Source of the DNA: Vulcanimicrobiota bacterium | GTDB taxonomy: Bacteria; Vulcanimicrobiota; Vulcanimicrobiia; Vulcanimicrobiales; Vulcanimicrobiaceae | Assembly: GCA_963833095.1 (NCBI GenBank) | Contig: CAWHWQ010000001.1 | Span: forward strand, 192,001 to 256,000 | DNA: 64,000 nucleotides | Direction: 5' to 3' | The notes under the pieces: generated by a model | The model's database searches: none | Seen by the model: only the letters and a program-made list of their open reading frames with translations | What the model was told of the DNA's origin: nothing | Made by a program: the position numbers and the translations under genes | Shown: positions 57,438-64,000 of the stretch, piece after piece | Position numbering within the stretch: the stretch's first letter is position 1 | Layout of the letters: each line of letters starts with the position of its first letter

Positions 57438-60121
57438 AACAATTCGTAATCCTGATCGCCTGCGCCATCTTTGCACTTGCAGGCTCGAGCGCTCGCGCGC
57501 AGCAAACCGGCGGTCCCGGTGATGCCGGCATTTACACGACTACTCTGAAAAACGGGTTGCGCGTCGTGGTAGTCGAGGATCACGCGGCGCCGGTCGTGCA
57601 GACGGCGGTCTGGTATCACTTTGGTTCGCTGGATGAGACCAAAGGCAAGACGGGTCTTGCGCATGCCACCGAGCACATGATGTTTCGCGGAACCGACGAT
57701 CTCAATGCCAGTGGTTTGGACGATATCGTTGCGCGCCTGGGCGCGCAGATGAACGGCCAGACCTCGTATGACTACACACAGTTTTACTTCATGATGCCTG
57801 CCGACAAAGTCGACGTGGGCCTCGCGATCGAAGCGGATCGCATGCAGCACGCGGCGATGCGCCAAGCCGACTGGAACATCGAGCGCGGCGCCGTGCTCAA
57901 CGAACTCGAAGGCGACGAAGGTTCGCCGTTCTTCAGCCTTCTCGAGAAGGTGCGCGCCGCGGCCTATCCAGGCGAGCCCAACGGCCGCACGCCGACCGGA
58001 TACATTACCGACGTCGAGCACGCCACCGCCGCCGACATCGCGAAGTACTATCACGAATGGTACGCGCCGAATAATGCGACACTGGTCGTCGCCGGCGACG
58101 TGAACCATTCAAGGATTTTCGCTCAAGCCGAGCGAGACTTCGGCGCAATTCCGCGTAAGACGCTGCCACCGCGCACCGAGAAGCATCCGACGCCGGTTAC
58201 GCACACGGTCACGGTCACGTCGGACCTGCCCTTTCCGTTTGGCATCGTCGACCTCGCCTACGCTGTTCCGGGCGACACCGAGCCGGGCGAGCCGGCGATT
58301 AGCACGCTCTCGGCGCTGATCCAAAATCAGCTCTCGCCGTTTTACGCGGCGCTCGTGCAAAGCAACATCGCCGTCGCGCTGCAAGCCCAGGAAGACACGC
58401 AGCTCAAAGGCGGGCTGCTGGACGTCTACATCGTGCTCAATCCTGGGCACACCGCAGATGAAGCCGAACGCGTTTTCCAAACCACGATGACGCAAACCCT
58501 CGCGAACGGCTTTGCGCCCGATCTGGTCGAGGCCGCCAAGCATTTGACGATCGCCGATCGTCTCTATTCCGCCGATTCGGTCGACGGACTGGGCGATCTC
58601 GCCGGCTACACGTACGGTATCGTGGGTGAGCGACTTAGCGATGAAGACGATCGCCTCGCCGCGCTCGACGGCCAATCGTTGTTGGCTGTGGCGCGGCAAT
58701 ATTTGAGCCGCCCAACGGTCATCGGCCGGCTCGATCCAAACGCGCAGCCGGCACGCAGCAACTCGCAAAAGAGCAGTGCCGCGATTAGCGACGACTTCTC
58801 CAAACGCGTCCCGACCGGCCCAATCGTTGAACCGGCCGCGCTGCGCGACGCGGTGCGCACGCCCACGACGGCGCGAAGCACGCTCGACCCGACGAGTTTT
58901 ATCTTGCCCAACGGTATTCGCGTGCTGGTGCAGCCCAAACCCGATCGCACGACGTTTGTTCTGGGCGGCGAGATCGCCGGCTCAGCCGCATTTGCGCCGC
59001 CGGGTCAAGAGGGCGTTAGCGACCTTGCCTCAACGCTTGCCGACTTCGGGAGCGCGCAATACCCTTTCGCTCAGCGGCGCAAGGCCGTCGACATGATTGG
59101 CGCAGTCGTGCAAAATGGTCAGCAGTTTAGCGCGCGCGGTCTTGCCCGCGATTTTCCCAAGATCGTGGCAATCCTCGCTGACGGTGAGATGCACCCAACC
59201 TTCAGCGAGCCGTGGTTCACGCTCGAGCGCGACCAGCTCGCTAACAGCTTGCAGTCGACCGCGACCATCTCCGGCGTGATGATCGATCGCGCCTACCTGC
59301 GGCTGCTCGCCGCACCCAATGACCCGTCGCTCCGTCACGCGAATCAAGCCACCGTCGGCAGCCTCACGCAAGCGGATCTCGCGACCTTCACTAAAACCTA
59401 TTGGCGCCCCGACTTGACCACGATTGCGGTGGTCGGCGACGTGACGCCGGATCAGGTGCGTAGCGTTCTCGAGAGCGCGTTCGGCGGCTGGACCGCGCAG
59501 GGTCCAAAGCCCGACGCGCACGCGATGTCGTTTCCTTCGGCGCATTCGGGTCATGAATACGTTGGCACCGACGCCAATCAGGTCTACGTTCGCTTGGGCC
59601 AGCCGGCAGTCGGACGAAACAGCCCGGACTACGACACGCTGCTCGTGCTCAATCAAATCCTCGGCGCAGGCGGCGCTTTCGAATCGCGTTTGTGGCAAGA
59701 ACTACGCCAAAAACGCGGCCTCGTCTACGGCGTGGCCAGCACGGTCGATGCGGGGAGCGATCGGGGTGATTTCAAGATCGAGCTCAATGCGTCGCCGGGA
59801 AAAGTGGTCGAAGCGGTCGCCTTCGTGCGCAGTGAACTGCAAACGCTGCAGACACATCCCGTCACGCAGACCGAACTCAACGATGCTAAGCTGCGTCTCG
59901 TCAGCGACGCATTGCTCGCCGAAGCGTCGGCCGACGGTCAGGTTGGGCAGTTGCTCGACATCGGTACCAACGATCTCCCGCTCGACTACTACCGTACGCT
60001 CAACGATCGCTTCGCGAACATTACCGCAGCCGACGTGGAGCGCGTCGCAAAAAAGTATCTCGATCCGTCGGCTCTGGTCGAAATCTACTCCGGGCCGCCG
60101 GGTCCGTGGTCGGGAACGTAA
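57434..60121 (+). CDS. Secreted M16-family zinc peptidase (two halves fused)
   Basis: Signal peptide, HATEH (HXXEH), WYAPNNATLVVAGD, LRQKRGLVY. Confidence 0.92.
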   Translation: MKQFVILIACAIFALAGSSARAQQTGGPGDAGIYTTTLKNGLRVVVVEDHAAPVVQTAVWYHFGSLDETKGKTGLAHATEHMMFRGTDDLNASGLDDIVARLGAQMNGQTSYDYTQFYFMMPADKVDVGLAIEADRMQHAAMRQADWNIERGAVLNELEGDEGSPFFSLLEKVRAAAYPGEPNGRTPTGYITDVEHATAADIAKYYHEWYAPNNATLVVAGDVNHSRIFAQAERDFGAIPRKTLPPRTEKHPTPVTHTVTVTSDLPFPFGIVDLAYAVPGDTEPGEPAISTLSALIQNQLSPFYAALVQSNIAVALQAQEDTQLKGGLLDVYIVLNPGHTADEAERVFQTTMTQTLANGFAPDLVEAAKHLTIADRLYSADSVDGLGDLAGYTYGIVGERLSDEDDRLAALDGQSLLAVARQYLSRPTVIGRLDPNAQPARSNSQKSSAAISDDFSKRVPTGPIVEPAALRDAVRTPTTARSTLDPTSFILPNGIRVLVQPKPDRTTFVLGGEIAGSAAFAPPGQEGVSDLASTLADFGSAQYPFAQRRKAVDMIGAVVQNGQQFSARGLARDFPKIVAILADGEMHPTFSEPWFTLERDQLANSLQSTATISGVMIDRAYLRLLAAPNDPSLRHANQATVGSLTQADLATFTKTYWRPDLTTIAVVGDVTPDQVRSVLESAFGGWTAQGPKPDAHAMSFPSAHSGHEYVGTDANQVYVRLGQPAVGRNSPDYDTLLVLNQILGAGGAFESRLWQELRQKRGLVYGVASTVDAGSDRGDFKIELNASPGKVVEAVAFVRSELQTLQTHPVTQTELNDAKLRLVSDALLAEASADGQVGQLLDIGTNDLPLDYYRTLNDRFANITAADVERVAKKYLDPSALVEIYSGPPGPWSGT

Positions 60122-60126
60122 GGTCT

Positions 60127-60145
60127 TTGACCGGATGTCAGACCA
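60127..60145. promoter_or_regulatory. Putative FadR-type operator overlapping a -35
   Basis: ttgacc...atgtcagacca resembles the TGGTC-N-GACCA FadR box; upstream of a FadR-family gene. Confidence 0.45.
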
Positions 60146-60192
60146 TCGTCTTGTCGGATCGAAGGGCGGCACGTTACACTTAACCTCCCAAA

Positions 60193-60924
60193 ATGAGCGG
60201 AGGTCCTGTTCTGAGCCAACCCCACGCAACCGCCGATCTGGAGCCCATCGAGCGCCGCTCAGTCTTTGACGAGGTGGTCACGCGGCTGGGCGATTTCATC
60301 ATGCAGAGCGGGCTGAAGCCCGGCGATAAGCTTCCCGCCGAGCGCGAGCTCACCGAGTCGCTGCGGGTTGGTCGCTCGTCGCTGCGCGAAGCCGTCAAGG
60401 CCTTGCGAGCCGTCGGTGCGATCGAGGTGGTGGCTGGCGGGGGCATGTACGTTGGGCACGGTGGATCCAAGGCGCTCGCGAAGCCGCTTTCGTGGGCCGT
60501 GCTGCTGAATTCGTCGAGTTTGCAGCAAACCGTCGAAGCTCGCGAGATACTCGAAGTGCAAATCGTAGCGCTCGCGGCCCAGCGCATCACCGATGAGGAG
60601 CTCACGGGATTGCGCCATCTCCTCGAGCGCATGCGTGGGGCCCTCAAGGACCCAGAGGCCCACCTGGTGGCCGACGTCCAGTTTCATTTGGCGATTGCAC
60701 GCGCGTCAAAGAACGACATCCTGTACTACGCGTTCGAGATGCTGCAGCACGTCGTAGCCGCGTGGATCCGTCGGAGCCTGCTCACCACAAACTGTCAACC
60801 GCTTGCGCTCGAAGAGCATCAAGCGATCTACGATGCGCTTGCGGCGCGAGACCTCGCAAAGGCGCGCGAGGCGATGCATGCGCACATCACGGCGGCTAGC
60901 CACCGCCACAACGAGGCACCATGA
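60193..60924 (+). CDS. FadR/GntR-family regulator
   Basis: PGDKLPAEREL...VGRSSLREA..AL, FCD domain. Confidence 0.93.
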   Translation: MSGGPVLSQPHATADLEPIERRSVFDEVVTRLGDFIMQSGLKPGDKLPAERELTESLRVGRSSLREAVKALRAVGAIEVVAGGGMYVGHGGSKALAKPLSWAVLLNSSSLQQTVEAREILEVQIVALAAQRITDEELTGLRHLLERMRGALKDPEAHLVADVQFHLAIARASKNDILYYAFEMLQHVVAAWIRRSLLTTNCQPLALEEHQAIYDALAARDLAKAREAMHAHITAASHRHNEAP

Positions 60925-62366
60925 CTGCGACTATCGACAGCTACAACGCACTGCACTTGCTCATCGCGGGTGAACGCATCGGCGCAAATCAGCGCGCGAC
61001 GCGACCCGTCATCAATCCCGCGACCGGCGCCGTGCTTGCCGAGCTCCCCATTGCGACCGATGCCGATCTGCAACAAGCACTTTGCGCCGCAGCAAAAGGC
61101 TTTGCCCGCTGGCGCGCAGTCAGCGCCTACGATCGCGCGAACGTTCTGCATAAGGCCGCAGCGCTGCTGCGCGAACGCGCTGATACGATCGCGCGCACGA
61201 TGACGCTCGAGCAAGGAAAGGTTTTGGGCGAAGCGCGTCTCGAGATCGGCGCCGCCGCCGATATCTTCGATTGGGCTGCAGAAGAGGGGCGCCGCGCCTA
61301 CGGGCGCGTGGTCCCATCGCGCTCGCCGGCGGTGCGTCAAATCGTGATGCGCGATCCGGTCGGGGTCGTCGCCGCGTTCACGCCGTGGAATTTTCCGGCG
61401 CTCACGCCGGCACGCAAGCTCTCCGGCGCGCTGGGCGCGGGATGCGCGATCATCATCAAGCCTGCCGAAGAGACGCCGGGCACGGCACTGGCGCTTCTCC
61501 AGGCGCTGCTCGACGCGGGGCTGCCCGAAGACGCCGCACAAATGGTGTTCGGCGATCCTGCGCACATCTCATCAACGCTGATCGCATCGCCGATCGTGCG
61601 CAAGATTTCGTTTACGGGCTCGACCGCGGTGGGCAAACAGCTTGCCGGATTAGCGGCAGCCGGCGTGAAGCGCGCGACGCTGGAGCTCGGCGGACACGCG
61701 CCGGTTGTGGTGACGGCAAAAGCCGATCTCGACCGCGCGGTGAAACTGTCGGTGGGATTCAAGTATCGCAACGCCGGGCAAGTCTGCGTCTCACCGTCGC
61801 GCTTTCTCGTGCAAGAGAGCATCTACGACGAGTTCGCCTCGCGCTTCACGCGCGCGGCTGCCGACATTCGTGTCGCGAACGGCCTTGAAGAGGGCGCGCA
61901 AATGGGATCCCTCGCAAACGAGCGGCGTCGCAATTCGATTCACGGCCTGGTCGAAGACGCGGTTGCGCGTGGCGCCAAGCTCCAGACGGGCGGAACGCGG
62001 TATGACACACCGGGCTTCTTCTATCCGCCGACGGTGCTGACCGGCATTCCGGCCGATGCGCGCATCCTCAACGAAGAGCCCTTCGGTCCGGTTGCCGCAA
62101 TCGCCACGTTTCGCGACATCGATCAAGCGATTACCGAAGCAAACCGGCTGCCGTACGGACTTGCCGCGTATGTGTTTACCCAAGACGTTACCGAGCACAT
62201 CGCGCTCACAAACGGCATCGAAGCAGGCATGATCGGCGTCAATCATTTCGGCGTCTCGCTGGCCGAGATTCCCTTCGGCGGCGTCAAGGAATCCGGTTAC
62301 GGATCTGAAGGCGGCAACGAAGGAATCGAATCGTATCTGGTTACGAAGTCGGTAACGACGACGTAA
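60921..62366 (+). CDS. NAD-dependent succinate-semialdehyde/alpha-ketoglutarate-semialdehyde dehydrogenase
   Basis: PWNFP, KPAEETP, ELGGHAP, RNAGQVC.SP, PFGGVKESG.G.EGG. Confidence 0.9.
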   Translation: MTATIDSYNALHLLIAGERIGANQRATRPVINPATGAVLAELPIATDADLQQALCAAAKGFARWRAVSAYDRANVLHKAAALLRERADTIARTMTLEQGKVLGEARLEIGAAADIFDWAAEEGRRAYGRVVPSRSPAVRQIVMRDPVGVVAAFTPWNFPALTPARKLSGALGAGCAIIIKPAEETPGTALALLQALLDAGLPEDAAQMVFGDPAHISSTLIASPIVRKISFTGSTAVGKQLAGLAAAGVKRATLELGGHAPVVVTAKADLDRAVKLSVGFKYRNAGQVCVSPSRFLVQESIYDEFASRFTRAAADIRVANGLEEGAQMGSLANERRRNSIHGLVEDAVARGAKLQTGGTRYDTPGFFYPPTVLTGIPADARILNEEPFGPVAAIATFRDIDQAITEANRLPYGLAAYVFTQDVTEHIALTNGIEAGMIGVNHFGVSLAEIPFGGVKESGYGSEGGNEGIESYLVTKSVTTT

Positions 62367-62377
62367 GGACGTCTGAC

Positions 62378-63515
62378 TTAGACGTACTCCTTGCAATAGG
62401 CAGCGATGCGTTTGATGCCTTCGCGCACGCGGTCGATCGGGGCGACCCAGCTCAAACGCAGCCAGCCTTCAAACGCGCGCCGAATGCCACGCCCGGTATC
62501 GCCAGTACGTCGTGCTCTTCGATAAGTTCCATCGCGGCGTCGTACGACCGTACACCATCGGGTAGCCGAACGCAGCGCATAAAAGCTGCCCTCGGGCCGG
62601 ATAAACCGCAAGCGGCACTGCGACTCCAGCGACTCGACGACGCCGTCCACTGCGCGCGGTACCAGGAGACATGTTCGTTCACGCCGCCGAGCTCGTGAAG
62701 ACGTGCAGCGCGACTGCTGCGCAAAAGTGTCGGTACACGAGGTCAACCAGGCGTGCGCCTTGATCGCATTCTCGATGAAGGTTCGGGGCCGATCAGCCAG
62801 CCAAGACGCAGCCCGGTAAGCGCATTGCTCTTGCTCAGCGAGTTGGTGGCGATGGTGTGCGGATACCGTTCGGCCAAGGAAGGCTTCGTCGTCCACGAAG
62901 GTCTGTTCGCGGTAGATCTCGTCGTGGATCAGCCAGATCGGCTCGCCGCCCGCGCTTCGAGAGCACGAACCAGATTTCGGCTTGCTCGCTGCGAGAGCAC
63001 ACGGCCGGTCGGGTTGTTGGGCGAGCAGATCACGATTGCCCGCGTGCGTTCGCCGATGCCCCGCACGATGCGCTCGGCATCGAACGCAAAGTCGTCGGCT
63101 TCACGCATCGGTCACGCCGCGAACGGCGACGCCTTCGAGCGCGCGCCATCTTCGCGTACGACGGAAAAGCCGGCTCGACGATCAGCAATTCGTCGTTCGC
63201 CGGATCGAGCAGCGTCTTGATCGTCACGTACATCGCTTCTTGCGACCCGGTCGTGACGCAGACGTTGCTCGGCGTCATGCATCCCGGATAGTCGTAGTGC
63301 CGCGCGATCGCTTCGCGCAGCGTCGGATCGCCGGCGTTGGCGCGTATACTTGAATGCCGTGCTCGGCGACGTAGCTCATCGCGTGCTTCGAAGTGCTCGC
63401 GATTGGGCGCAAGCGACGGCTCGCCCAAGCCCAGATCGATCGAACGTCGGCCGGCGCTTCGCCGCCACTCTCGCGGATCAGCGAACGTTCGAATCTCGAG
63501 CACGCGCGGATTCAT
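62378..63515 (-). CDS. PLP-dependent class I/II aminotransferase (DapC-like context); many frameshifts
   Basis: DLGLGEP, TTGSQEA, CSPNNPTG, DEIY, PEGSFY fragments in shifting frames. Confidence 0.8.
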
Positions 63516-64000
63516 ACCGGCACCTCGAAATCGCGCAGCGCCGCGTTGAGCGAGGTTTTGCGATCGGTCGATTCGCTGCGCGTGCCGATGATCAGCGCGC
63601 ACGGCACGCCGTATTCGCCGGCCGGAAACGTCTTGGGCATCGTGCCGGGAATCACGACGGCGCGCGCCGGAATGCGGCCCTTGCGTCGTGGCGGCGATCG
63701 CTGCCGCGCACGTCGACGATCGGCGTGCTGGCGGTGAGCACGACGCCGGCGCCGAGCACGGCTTCACGCTCGACGCGCACGCCTTCGACCACGATGCAGC
63801 GCGAGCCGACGAACGCGCCGTCTTCGACGATCACCGGGAGCGGCTTGCGGCGGCTCGAGCACGCCGCCGATCCCGACGCCGCCGGAGAGGTGCACGCCCT
63901 TGCCGATCTGCGCGCACGAACCGACCGTCGCCCACGTGTCGACCATCGTACCCTTCGTCGACGTAGGCGCCGATGTTCACGAAACCCGGCATCAGGATCG
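63512..64000 (-). CDS. dapD: Tetrahydrodipicolinate N-succinyltransferase, 3' part; frameshifts
   Basis: [42 protein letters not shown]. Confidence 0.93.

Noticed and set aside
1..64000. CRISPR array, prophage, integrase or transposase
   Set aside because: No regularly spaced direct repeats and no recognisable cas, phage, integrase or transposase ORFs

Overview
High-GC (roughly 60-65% by eye) bacterial chromosome segment, mostly core genome. A Firmicutes-like gene order (yacL-ispD-ispF-[gltX position]-cysE-cysS-rlmB-sigH...tRNAs...rpmG-secE-nusG-rplK-rplA...rplJ-rplL; PASTA-rpe; fakA-plsX-degV; cmk-plsC-ispH) in a high-GC genome suggests a Terrabacteria soil lineage such as Ca. Eremiobacterota (inference only). 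A ~15 kb organic-acid block separates rplA from rplJ. It holds a malonate decarboxylase operon with an MdcG-MdcB fusion, a TPP lyase/formyl-CoA transferase/ALDH/OxlT operon and a carbonic anhydrase. Six tRNAs are present. Clustered single-base indels in essential genes look like long-read consensus errors, not pseudogenes. The most interesting observations are: (1) a ~310-nt, multi-junction, G-U-rich structured RNA candidate filling the spacer between tRNA-Gly and tRNA-Thr; (2) a tRNA-Thr(UGU) with a tRNA-Tyr-like long variable arm; (3) a stand-alone GluRS anticodon-binding-domain gene at the usual gltX position; (4) an HACL/ILVBL-type lyase operon that may degrade 2-hydroxy acids rather than oxalate; (5) several palindromic MITE/REP-like elements, some inside ribosomal-protein leaders. 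No CRISPR array, transposase or prophage was seen.
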